Assembly: GCF_018350175.1 (NCBI RefSeq)
Contig: NC_058368.1
Span: forward strand, 219,978,001-220,042,000
From: Felis catus
Lineage: Eukaryota
Direction: 5' to 3'
DNA length: 64,000 nucleotides
In this document: positions 52,495-64,000 of the stretch, piece after piece
How the letters are laid out: the number at the start of each line of letters is the position of its first letter
Numbering within the stretch: the first letter of the stretch is position 1
The notes under the pieces: model-generated
Seen by the model: the letters and a program-made list of their open reading frames with translations, nothing else
Told to the model about the DNA's origin: nothing
Database searches by the model: none
Translations under genes and position numbers: made by a program

Positions 52495-52771
52495 AATAAA
52501 TAAAACTTAAGGGGCGCCTGGGTGGCGCAGTCTGTTAAGCGTCCGACTTCAGCCAGGTCACGATCTCGCGGTCCGTGAGTTCGAGCCCCGCGTCAGGCTC
52601 TGGGCTGATGGCTGGGAGCCTGGAGCCTGTTTCCAGTTCTGTGTCTCCCTCTCTCTCTGCCCCTCCCCCGTTCATGCTCTGTCTCTCTCTGTCCCAAAAA
52701 ATAAATAAATGTTGAAAAAAAAATTTTTTTTAGAATAAAAAAATAAATAAAACTTAAAAAATTATTTTAAA
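52287..52771 (+). mobile_element. Can-SINE (outer element of a nested pair)
   Basis: Outer TSD AGAAGTAAAA at 52277-52286 and 52772-52781. Confidence 0.93.
52511..52738 (+). mobile_element. Young felid Can-SINE nested in the tail of the previous copy
   Basis: 19-bp TSD AAAAATAAATAAAACTTAA at 52492-52510 and 52739-52757. Confidence 0.95.
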
Positions 52772-53019
52772 AGAAGTAAAATGGGTTATGCAAACCTATT
52801 TATATATCTAATCACTATAAAGGACATTTTCCAAGTAGCATAGGAATTGGACTAAGGACTAGGAAAAAAAAAAAAAACTCACAATAACTATTGTCTTGAT
52901 GAGATCATTTCATAAACATTTAAATGATTTAGAAAGACTAATGTTTTAAACATTTGTAAAAGCTTTAGTCTAGGATACAGTGGTTACTAATTAAGATAAA
53001 TTCTAATACTAGTAATATG

Positions 53020-53240
53020 CACCATAACAACAATAATGAACTTACACATGATAGGTGTCAGGCAGTAAATTAAGCACTTATTATGAACTGCCTAATGTCT
53101 TAAATAAGTATATCCACATAAGGATGTCCATTTTAGAGATAAAGAATTGGAAGCAAAGACAGCTAGGCAATTTGATTCAACTAGCTCAAGTCATAAAGTG
53201 CAGAATGACTATTCCCTGTTTGCTGGATTCATCTTGTGCT
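53020..53240. mobile_element. MIR
   Basis: GTGTCAGGCAGTAAATTAAGCACTT...CCATTTTAGAGATAAAGAATTGGAAGC...CAAGTCATA. Confidence 0.55.
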
Positions 53241-53463
53241 TTCCTATTATGTGCTTTATTTTCATCATACAAAAATAGAGATAATTTTTTTTAAATAACC
53301 ATGGATTATAAACCAATTTAAATTACATTTTCTCATGCCTTTCTCCACTTCATTGTCTGAAACACCCTCATTAACTGATACAATTTCACTACTCTCATCA
53401 TTATGGTAATTAAAAAATTAACAAGTCAAGATAATATTCTCCATCGTGCACAGAAAGTTTCAG

Positions 53464-53741
53464 TACAGGTATCCCTCACTTCCCAAAATTTCTCCTTATG
53501 CCACTTCTCTCCTTTATGGAAGACTTATATTAGTACCTGCTTTCACTAAAGGAAATAAATCTGAATTGGAGTTTTGCTTAAAAAAAAAAAGTGGTTGCCA
53601 TACAAATGAGGATCTTTCCCAAAAACAAACTTTCAGAAAAAGCAGAGATATTCTTTGCCTTAGGTCACTTAGCCTTGGCCACCTTTAGCTTACTAAAGGT
53701 TTCAAAGAAAAACACTACTTTCAGTTAAAAAGGGAAACTAT
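53464..53741. mobile_element. TcMar-Tigger-type non-autonomous DNA transposon
   Basis: TA-CAGGTATCCC left end, decayed GGGAAAC right end, internal ATTAGTACCTG and GCTTACTAAAGGTTTC. Confidence 0.6.
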
Positions 53742-54359
53742 TGTCTTGTTTTGTTGTTGTTTTATTGTCGTTTTTGTTTTCATTTACTTTGGTGCTGTAT
53801 ATATCCACATGCTGTACAAAACTTAAAAAAGCAAAAACCAAAAACAGACAGACATAGAAATATTTAAATAATATTATCAGTGATCATTATTCCATTAATG
53901 TGATAGTTTTAGTAGCGCTTACTTATGCATAAATTACGTTCATTTCTTTTTTAACAGCTTACCATCTACAAATTTATTTTGCCTCATTCATTCTTCTTTG
54001 TTTTCCATCAATTTTAATTACTTATTACATATATGTCTAGAATTATCATTACATTGTCTTATTGTTAGGATCAGCAGATAAAGTCAAGCTAAATAAAATA
54101 AAACTAAAAGCTTCAATAAATAAACTATGCAAGGAAAAAATGACTTTTAAAAAGTAAAAATAATGTGTAAATAGTAAAATAATTATTAACTTTCAGAAGC
54201 AGCCATTACATGCCTTTGCAGATCACAGATTTGATTTCTAAAATAATTATTTAAATCTTCAATTATATACCATCCTAACATTTCAGATAAGATTAATAAG
54301 GGTAATAGGATGCATAGATTTTTCTCTGCATATTACAGGAGAAGACTTAAAAAGAACAA

Positions 54360-54550
54360 AAAAGAAGGAAGGAAGGAAGGAAGGAAGGAAGGAAGGAAGG
54401 AAGGAAGGAAGGGAGGGAGGAAGAAAGGGAGGAAGGAAGGGGGAAAAGGGAAAAAGAGAAGGAGCAAAAGGAGGAAGACAAGAGAAAGAGAAGGGACAGA
54501 AGCAGAGAAGACAGGGAAAGAAAATATTGGGAAAAATAAAGAGGAATAGA
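54360..54550. repeat. (GGAA)n and purine-rich tract
   Basis: Seen directly. Confidence 0.92.
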
Positions 54551-54865
54551 AAAAAAAGTGAAGACAGAGGGTCTTACATGAGTGAATCAGACGTATTTTT
54601 AAATATAAGAAATATGTGGAAGGAAAAATGGCAAAATTAACATAAACTACATTAAAGGTTTTAGATGGGAATGGATACAGATTGTCATTTATTTTATTTT
54701 TCATTTTTTTGATTTATTTTGTCATGTTGCATTAAAAAATATCTGCCCAGCTTTTGTTGATTACTCTTTAATTGAATATTGTTTCCTTTGGGTTATCTTG
54801 CATCATGCATATATTTGATAGTCTGGAAATTTCCATATAAGATTTATAGAAAACTAATATTTTTA

Positions 54866-55086
54866 GGGGCGCCTGGGTGACTCAGTTGGTTAGGCAACCA
54901 ACATTGGCTCAGGTCATGATCTCATAGTTTGTGGGTTCGAGCTCCATGTCAGGCTCTGTGCTGACAGCTCAGAGCCTGGAGTCTGCTTCAGATTCTGTGT
55001 CTCCCCCTCTCTCTACCCCTCCCCTGCTCACGCTCTGTGTCTCTCTGCCTCTCAATAATAAATAAACGTTAAAAAAATTAAAAAAA
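54866..55086 (+). mobile_element. Can-SINE
   Basis: 18-bp TSD AGAAAACTAATATTTTTA at 54848-54865 and 55087-55104. Confidence 0.95.
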
Positions 55087-55879
55087 AGAAAACTAATATT
55101 TTTAAACCATTATGTATAAATGTATTTTATTTAATCTTTTTGATATTTAATAATATTTTATTGCATTTGTCCCATTTACTTGTTATAGACAAATAATGTT
55201 GAAATTTTTTTATGCAACTGCATTCTCTGAGTTTCTTTTATTTTTGTAATAATTTATAGTTCTATATTATAGTGTTAGCTAATCTTGTGCATACATAATC
55301 TTCACTGGTATATTTCTGTGATTTTATCCTAGTACTTTAATTTATATAAAATTCCTCATGTAATATTTAATAGGTATGCTCCTCAATTTTATTTGACATA
55401 ATATTAATATTTATTGTGCCCTTTTTTTGCTTCATGTTCTCCTTGTCCACTCTTGGTTCCCTTTCCTTACACTGCACTTTCAGATTCAAAGTCTTACAGT
55501 ACAACTTTGATAATTATTAAAGAAATTATGGATAAAATATCTTAAAACTGTATTTCATCATATATAATGCACCACAATGCAAAGACACACTCTTATTTCA
55601 TCTACCACAAGAAAACAAAACACTGCCAGTGTAACTGTAAGTAAATAATTCTTTATTACTGTATTTTCCTCAAATAACATTGTGTGATGGACAATTACCA
55701 GCATGTCTGACGCATCATTCCTTTTTTTCCCCTCAGTTTTATTGAGGCATAATTAAGAAATAAATTATATATATTTAAGGTTTACAATGTGATGCTTTGA
55801 TATATGTATACATTGTGAAGTAATTATCACAAACTAATTAACATATCCATTACTTCATATAGTTAATGTGTTCATTTTT

Positions 55880-56050
<171 letters not shown>

Positions 56051-57694
56051 CTTCTTGATTGCTTGCTTGCTTTTTCTTTCTTGGTTTCTTGCTTTCTCTC
56101 GATGAGAACCCTTAATATCTACCCTGCCCAGTTAGCAAATTTCAAGTAAAATATTGTGCCAATTTTCACACAGCATTTTTAACTACAGTGACATTATTGT
56201 ATATTACATCTCCAGATCTTATTCATCTTGCTTAACTGAATCTTGGAAGCCCTTTGAACCTCCTATTCATCTTGCATAACTGACACTGCACTCCTGTTTC
56301 CCTACTCTCAGCTTCTGCAACCAGCATTTTAATCTCTGTTTCCAGGAGTTTGACACTTTCAGATTCCACATATAAGTGAGATCATACAATATTTCTCTTA
56401 CTGTAACCTACTTCACTTAGCATAATGTTCTCCATTTAACCATCCTCCAGATGACCATAGCATCATCTGTGTTGTTGCAAACAGCAGGACTGCACTCATT
56501 TTAAGCCTAAATAATATTCCATTTTATGTATCTATCACATTTTAAAATCTTCCACTAATTCATTGATAGACATTTAGGGTCAAGATATTCCATATCTTTA
56601 ATATTGTGAATAATGCTGCAAAGAACATGAAGTGGAGATACCTTTTCGAGATACTTATTTTGTTTTTTTGGTATATATGCCAGAAGTGTGATTGCTGGAT
56701 CAAATGAATAGCTCTGTTTTAAATTTTTGAGGGATCTCCATACTGGTTTCCATAATGTCTACACCAATTTACATTCCTACCAACAGTATGAAAATTTACA
56801 TTTTCTCCATATCCTTGACAACACTTGTTATTTCTTGCTCCTTTGTTTGTTTGTTTTTTTTTGTTTTTTGATAATAGCCATTTTAACAGGTATAAGATGA
56901 ATTCTAATTTTTGTTTTGATTTATATCCCTTTGATAATTATTGAGCTCCTTTTTAGGTGCCTGTTGGTCATTGGTCTGTTTTCTTTTATGTCTGTTCAGG
57001 TCGTTTGCTCATTTTTTAAATCTGTTATTTGGATTTTGCTATTGAGTTGTATAAATTCCTTATATATTTTGGATATAAATTCCTTGCCAGATATATGGTT
57101 TGCAAATATTTTCTCCCATTCCATAGGTTGCCTATTCACTTGTTGATTGTTTCTTCTGCAGAGACTATTTAATTTAATACAATACCACTTGTCTATTCTT
57201 GCTCTTCATACCTATGCTTTTGGTGTTATATCCAAAAAATTAAGGACTAAATTAATGTCAGGATTCTTTTTCCCATGTTTTTTCTAGTAATTTTACTAGT
57301 TCAAGTTTTATATTTGTCTTTAATCCATTTTGAGGTGATATTTGTATACGATATAAGAGTTCAACTTCATTCTTCTGCATGTGGATATCCTTTTTTCCCA
57401 AAACCATTCAAAGAGGCTATTCTTTTCATATTATATGTTCTTTCCAGTTAATTACAAGTGCATGAATTTATTTGTGGCTTCCTTATTCTGTTACATCGGT
57501 CTATAGATCTGTTTTAATGTCAGTACCATACTTTTTTGATTGCTGTAACTTTGTAATATAGTTTGAAATTGGGAAGGGTGATGACTCCAGCTTTGTACTT
57601 CTTAGTAAAAATTGGTTTGACTCTTCAAATTATTTTGTAGCTCCATGTACATCTTAGGATTGTCTTTTCAATTTTCATTAAAAAAATCCATTGG

Positions 57695-57916
57695 GGGGCG
57701 CCTGGGTGGCGCAGTCGGTTAAGCGTCCGACTTCAGCCAGGTCACGATCTCGCGGTCCGTGAGTTCAAGCCCCGCGTCAGGCTCTGGGCTGGTGGCTCGG
57801 AGCCTGGAGCCTGCTTCCGATTCTGTGTCTCCCTCTCTCTCTGCCCCTCCCCCGTTCATGCTCTGTCTCTCTCTGTCCCAAAAATAAATAAAAAACGTTG
57901 AAAAAAAAATTAAAAA
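57695..57916 (+). mobile_element. Young felid Can-SINE inserted in the L1
   Basis: Perfect TSD AAAAAAATCCATTGG at 57680-57694 and 57917-57931. Confidence 0.96.
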
Positions 57917-58798
57917 AAAAAAATCCATTGGGATTTTGATAGAAATTACTTGAATCTATATATCATTTTGGGTAATATGGACATTTGACAATATTAATCC
58001 TTCCGTGAATGCAGGATGTCTTTTAATTATCTTTCTTTTCCTTAATTTCTTTCATTAATGTTTTATACATTTCAGTGAAGAAGTCTTTCACCTCTATGGT
58101 TATTTTCCTTCCTAAATATTTTATTTCATTGTTGTTGCTGTTTTGAATGTGATTGTTTTCTATTTTCAGTCTCAGATTGTTGTTTGCAGGTATATGAATG
58201 ACTGCTTTTGTATGTAGATTGTTTATCATGCAATTTTACTACACTTAATAGTTCTAGCAGTTATTTTGCTTAGATTTTAGGGTTTTCTACATATATAATC
58301 ATGTAATCTGCAAGAAGAGGTAATTTTGCTTCTTCCTTTCCAATTTGAATGACTTCTATTTTTTTTTCTTGTCCAATTTCTCTGGCTAGGACATCCAGTA
58401 TTAGGTTAAATATAAATGGCAAGAGTGGGCATGGTTGCTTTCTCTTGGCTCTGGGGGGAGGGAAAGCTTTAAGTTTTTCCTCATTGATTATGATGTTAAC
58501 CATGGACTTTTCATATATAAACTTATTGTGCTAAGGTACATTCTTCTATATCTGATTTGTTGAGACTTTTTTTTTAAATCATGAATGAATGTTGAATTTT
58601 GTTAGTGCATTTTCTGCGTCTATTCAGATTATCATGCATTTTTCCTTTACTTTCAGTTTGTTAATGTAGCATGTGTGACCCATCAGTTCTTAAAAAGTGT
58701 TCCAGTTCCAAACATTTTCTCCCCATCTTGACAAACTTTCCTGAACTGTTAAGGCTGGTGGCAATATTATGAAACAAAACTTAAACAAGAATTTACTA

Positions 58799-58961
58799 GG
58801 GGCACCTGGGTGGCTCAGTTGGTTAAGCGACTTCAGCTCAGGTCATGATCTTGTGGTTCGTGAGTTCATGCCTCACATCAGGCTCTGTGCTGACAGCTCA
58901 GAGCCTGCAGCCTGCTTCACATTCTGTGTGTCCCTCTCTCTCTGCCCCTCCCCTGTTCTCA

Positions 58962-59009
<48 letters not shown>

Positions 59010-59032
59010 AATAAATAGACATTATTTTTTTT
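58799..59032 (+). mobile_element. Can-SINE
   Basis: TSD AAGAATTTA; long (CT)n. Confidence 0.92.
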
Positions 59033-60652
59033 AAGAATTTATTTAAATGTAAGTGGAATCATTGATGCACACATTTCACTTGAGGTGAGGAAACAGAAAT
59101 AGCTGTAAGGTATTTCAGACATATTTAGATAATCTCAACAACAATGTCTCAACCTGGCCATCAGTGATCATTAAATTTGGCCTGGTTTGGGAAATGTTAC
59201 AATACGAAGAAAAATAAAGGTCTTAAAAGTGATAAAATATACAATATGGAGCACATTATTAAATGACTAACCTCCACGCACACCAACAGTACACATAAAG
59301 TTAATGTTTTTTGTGTATGTTAGCGTATATACTGATTGGATCCATGTGGCATTTATATCATTTTTTGGCACCCTTCTTTAGCCTTCTTTCAAATTGTAAA
59401 AAAAAGGTAATTTTAAATCCACGATGTGAGTTTCTCCATTCTCTCTCTCTCAAAAAAAGTAATAATAATGTAATTCATGCTGTGGTGTGTTTCCCAGATT
59501 CCCCCCAAAAGACATGGGGCCCCGTTCCTCCAGTGTCTGGGAATGTTGATGGTTGACAATTTTGCTCTAAATCCTTCTTTAGGAACTGTCCTCAGACCCC
59601 TTATCAGGGCACCCTGAACCCCATAACAGCACAATGTTTGCTTTATTACAAAATATAAAGCAAGATTTATCTTCTCCCATCCACATTGAATGAATTTTAA
59701 AACTGATAATAGCCATGAACAAAATAACTCTCGAAACAGTAGAGCCAGAAATCCATATAAGATACGCAAGCCAAAAGTGGATTCAATTATACCACGGGGG
59801 AGACATAAAAATACCCATTTTAGAAATGGCATATACAGAAGAACAGATGTTTTGATAATAGTTATCAAACAGACCTCATGTTTATAGGACACAAAAGTGC
59901 TAGCTGCTACTGCATTAAAAAAAAGACAAAATATGTCATAGCACTTGAATAAAAATAAATACAGACACATTTATTGTCTTTTAACCTGAGAATCTGAATG
60001 TTACATGCTTCCTGTTCTAATGGATTACCAATAACTCACATCTAGAACCTGTTGACAGAGCTATTCAGTATTTTCACCCCATATCAAAGAACCATGATAA
60101 TTTGTAAAACTTAATTACAAGATCTTTTTATTCAAAGTCTGAGGTAATACATAATTAAATAGAAAGTTATCATAGTTACTAAAGCTTATTTTATAAGGAA
60201 AATATAAAGAAATGTTAGTAACATAAATCATATCACTTATTTCCTCACTATAATAATTATTTGCCAATAGAATTATTTTCCAGGGAGAATTGACAAGTAC
60301 ATGTGTATTTCAAAGATCAAACTGAAAAACTACCTATAATTCTGTACAGGGAAACACAGTATTCCACATCACTTTAAATAATTTTAACCTACTTACCGGT
60401 TATTCTTTATAGCATAAAGCCACTGTTTGTTTTTTTTCCCTTTAAAGCTCATGTATTTAACAGTATTTCATAGCTTTATTTCCCTGATTTTCCTAATACA
60501 GGTTTACCTATCAGCTTTTGGGAAATTAATATGAAACTAACTAAAAACTATGTTTATTAATGGGTAAGTGATCAGCCTCAGGGGTAGATTAACAATGAAC
60601 ACTGCAATAATGCTCCAGATTTGCCTGTACTTTAAATGAAGTATAATAAAAC

Positions 60653-61040
60653 TGCATCAGTTAACTTTTGTTACATAAAACCACCAAACATCCTGTGGCA
60701 TGTAACAATATTTATTATTACTAATGCACCTGCTGGTTACTGGGATTTGCTGCTGTAGGAGAATATTGGCTAGAATAGCTCAAATGTAGTAGCACTGCTC
60801 CCATGATTCTTCTCCTCCTCCTGGGTCCCTGATCCTCTCATGGTGATGTCCAAAGTTCAAGGAAGCCAGTGAAAACACATAATTTTTCAGCCTCACCTTG
60901 GATTTAGTGGACTGTGTATTGTCCTTAGTGAGTCATAAGGCCAAGCTTAGTCAAGGGGCTCTACCTACAATGAGGTATGACAAGGCTATAGATACAGAGA
61001 GGGATAAAGAATCAGAGTCACAAATTCAATACATCTTACA
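60653..61040 (-). mobile_element. Old MLT1-type MaLR LTR
   Basis: TGCATCAGTTAACTTTTG...AAACCACCAAAC...GTGGCATGTAACAA...GAGTCATAAGGCCAAGC. Confidence 0.6.
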
Positions 61041-61289
61041 TACATACTGCCACTATCTACATAACAAACTATCTTTAGCCCACTATTATGGTTTTTGTGC
61101 TTGCTTTTTTTAAGCTATGAAGAATAAAGAGGGTTTTTACTGGGCTGGTGTTAGTTATACATTTTATCATCTTAGGAGTATAAATCTCTTAATAAGCCAG
61201 ACCTTTCCTTCCCCTAAGAATGCAAGGCACTTGAAAACTAGACAATAGCCATTTATCTTATTTTTGATGACAAAAGGAGATATTGCCAA

Positions 61290-61770
61290 CTATTTTATTG
61301 TATAAAAATGTACTAGAGTTCATTATTACTTCAATAAAGATTATTGGAATCTCTTACGTGATCATTGACTAGAACATGGGAATGCAAAGGAATGTAGAAG
61401 AAATATTCTTGCTGCCACACACAGGAAAGTCCAGGAAAGTTCATATAGCATAAGATATGTGGGTAGTGCAAATATGGAGAGTAAGGACAACTATGTCATA
61501 CTGTAAGCATGAAAGTGGAAATATAAGTCAAACATTTATCATATTCTGGCTTAAGAAATAGAATACTCTAAAATTTCTATATAAATATAAATGAAGATAG
61601 ATAATATGAGTACCTACAATAAGCAAGGTGAGAGGTAATAATGGTGTGTTTTACAGCAGTAGTATTGGGAGAAGAGAAAAATGGACAATTTGAGGACCGT
61701 ATAATAAGCAGAACCAACAAGAGTTTGTAACTGATTAGGAAAGAACGGTAGGTGTAGAGAAATAAAAATC
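61290..61770. mobile_element. L2 fragment (tentative)
   Basis: TTCATTATTACTTCAATAAAGATTATTGGAATCTCTTACGTG...GCAGAACCAACAAGAGTTTG. Confidence 0.45.
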
Positions 61771-61849
61771 AAGTACGGTCTATGGTATGAGATATATATA
61801 TATAATATCTAATTAGTTTTGTGTATAATCTTTATCCCTCTTCCCCTTA

Positions 61850-63026
61850 TATTATTTTTTTATTCATTCATCTGTTGACAGATACTTAGGTTGCCCCTAT
61901 CTTAGCTCAGGTGAATAATACTGCAGTAAACATGAAAGTGCAGATCTCTCTCCAAGGTACTGATTTCATTTTCTTCAGATGTATTTCCAGAAGTGTGATT
62001 ACTAGATCATATGGTAGGTCTATTTTTAATTTTTCAGGAACCTCCACACTATTTTCCAGTGGCTATACCAAATACATTCCTGCCAACAATGTACAGGTAT
62101 TCCCTTTTTTCTACATCCCTGCCAGCACTTGTTATTTCTTATGTTTTTGATAATAGTCCTCCTAATAAGTATGAGGTGATATCTTATAGTTTTGATTTGT
62201 ATTTCTCTAAGGATTAGTAATGTTGAGCACCCTTTCATGTACCTTTTGGCCATGTATATGTCTTTTTTCAAGAAATATCTATTCAAGTCCTTGCCGACTT
62301 TTTAATTGACTTATTTATTTTGCTTTTGAATTATATGAGTTTTTTACATATTTTGGATATTAACTCTTCATCAGCTATATGGTTTGCAAATACTTACTCT
62401 TATTCCATAAGTTGCCTTTCACTCTGTCAATTATTTTCTTTGCTATGCAAAAGATTTTTAGTTTAATTCAGTTCACGTGTTTAGTTTTGCTTTTGTTGCC
62501 CGTGCTTTTGATCCCGTATTAAAAATAATCATTGAAGGGTCAATGTCAAGGAGATTTTCCATGTGTTTCTTTTTTTGCAAAGAATGTTATGGTTTCAGGT
62601 CCTATATTTAAGCCTTCATTTTGAGTGAATTTTTGTGAGTGGTGTAGATAGGGGCCAAATTACACTTTTTTTTTTTTTTGGCACGTGGGTATCCAGTCTT
62701 CCCAACACTATTTATTGAAAAGACTGTCCTTTCTTGAGTGTGTGTTTGTGACACTAGTCTGTGACACAGATTAGTTGTCCATATTTGTGTGAATTTATTT
62801 CTGGGTTTTCTATTTTATTTATGGGTTGGAAGAATTAATATTGCTAAAGTGTCCATAATACCCAAAATGATCTACAAATTCCATGTAATCCCTCTCAAAA
62901 ACACAATAGCATTTTTTTCACAGAAATAAAAAAAAATCCTAAAATTTGTATCCAAATTTGACACAAAAGACTGAAATAGCCAGAGCTATCTTGAGAAAGA
63001 ACAAAGCTTGCATTTCTGATTTCAAT
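61850..63026 (-). mobile_element. L1 ORF2 C-terminal fragment with 5' inversion (62820-63026 on the + strand)
   Basis: Track ORF 62026-62286 (KDIYMAKRYMKGCSTLLILREIQIKTIRYHL...NNKCWQGC) matches the L1 ORF2 C-terminus; + strand ATGGGTTGGAAGAATTAATATTGCTAAAGTGTCCATAATACCCAAA is sense ORF2. Confidence 0.9.
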
Positions 63027-63094
63027 GCTCAGGGTAAATTCTAAGTTTTGAAAGACAACGGACTGTCACAGAAAGTTTGGGAGACTACAAAGTA

Positions 63095-63322
63095 AAAAAT
63101 ATATATATATTTGTATATAATATATACAATACATTGTATATGTATATATATGTATACAATGTATATAATACAATATATGTATACATGTATACATGTATAT
63201 AATACAATGTATATAATACAAATATAATTAAATATAATATATTATAATATATATCATGTATGAATATAATACACATACTATAATATATAAATATCTATAA
63301 TACATATTTATATATATTAATT
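63095..63322. repeat. AT-rich (TA)n-derived low-complexity tract
   Basis: Seen directly. Confidence 0.9.
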
Positions 63323-64000
63323 ACTGTAAAAGTCACTTATCTCTATATTCTTCCTGTTTGGGATTGCTATTAGCTATCTAGTTACATTTAGGGTACACTC
63401 TATTGATCCTAGCTAAAGTCCGTATTATATTTCACTGTGGTAAATAATAGGGCTTGTTTGGGGCATTCACATTCACCTCACTCTGAACATATCCTGTAGT
63501 GATAGCATTATATCCAAGAGTCCAAGCAGCTACCTGCTAAACCCTACCACTGAGAGTATTAACGTATCTACTGACCAGTCCTTCAGTATAGGGGAAATAA
63601 TTACCTAAAATATATCCATGATCAGTTAAACCACTAGGCAACACATTAGCTTTGGTTTTGTAAAAAGATAATATAGTAAAAATATATCTTTCAAATAATG
63701 TGAATTTTCTTCATGGTCTAATATGATGTGTTTCCTAAACGATTTTGTTTGATGGCTTGCTCCTGGTTTCTCTTCCCTTTACTGCCACAGTCATTCCTGT
63801 CTTTTACTGAATACTGGATGGAGTCTCCCTGTCAAGTCCAGAAAAAAAGAACGTGCTAAATATCAGTATCTTCTAGTTTCAAATTCAAGTTACCATATAT
63901 GTATATTGTACTAGCAGTACAGGGAGCTCTGTCCAGGTCTGATTTCATGCCTACGTTTCCACATACTAAACAACCCAAATAAATAGAATGGAAACCCGCT

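Noticed and set aside
58023..58534. Reverse-transcriptase-like ORFs
   Set aside because: Broken L1 ORF2 with the catalytic motif decayed (LADYM in place of FADDM); not a functional gene

Overview
AT-rich, repeat-dense mammalian DNA, almost certainly from a felid. The evidence is about 35 tRNA-derived Can-SINEs, including near-identical young felid-type (SINEC_Fc-like) copies, and a felid-type L1 3' end. I recognise no protein-coding exon, RNA gene or CpG island, so the window looks like deep intron or intergenic DNA. Nearly all ORFs in the track come from SINE, L1 or microsatellite sequence. The rest consists of old L1, L2 and MIR fragments, MaLR/ERVL and ERV1 solo LTRs, two DNA-transposon relics and many microsatellites. 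The most informative feature the ORF track misses is a badly decayed class-I (ERV1) gag-pro-pol relic on the minus strand (~6385-7650), with recognisable matrix, zinc-knuckle, protease and RT motifs in the correct order. Other points of interest: a switch in SINE orientation near 37 kb, a 39-bp fold-back inside one SINE, three L1s with 5' inversions, several nested insertions, and a few unique blocks that may be regulatory. I see no convincing new biological system. Repeat family names come from my recall of consensus sequences, not from a search.
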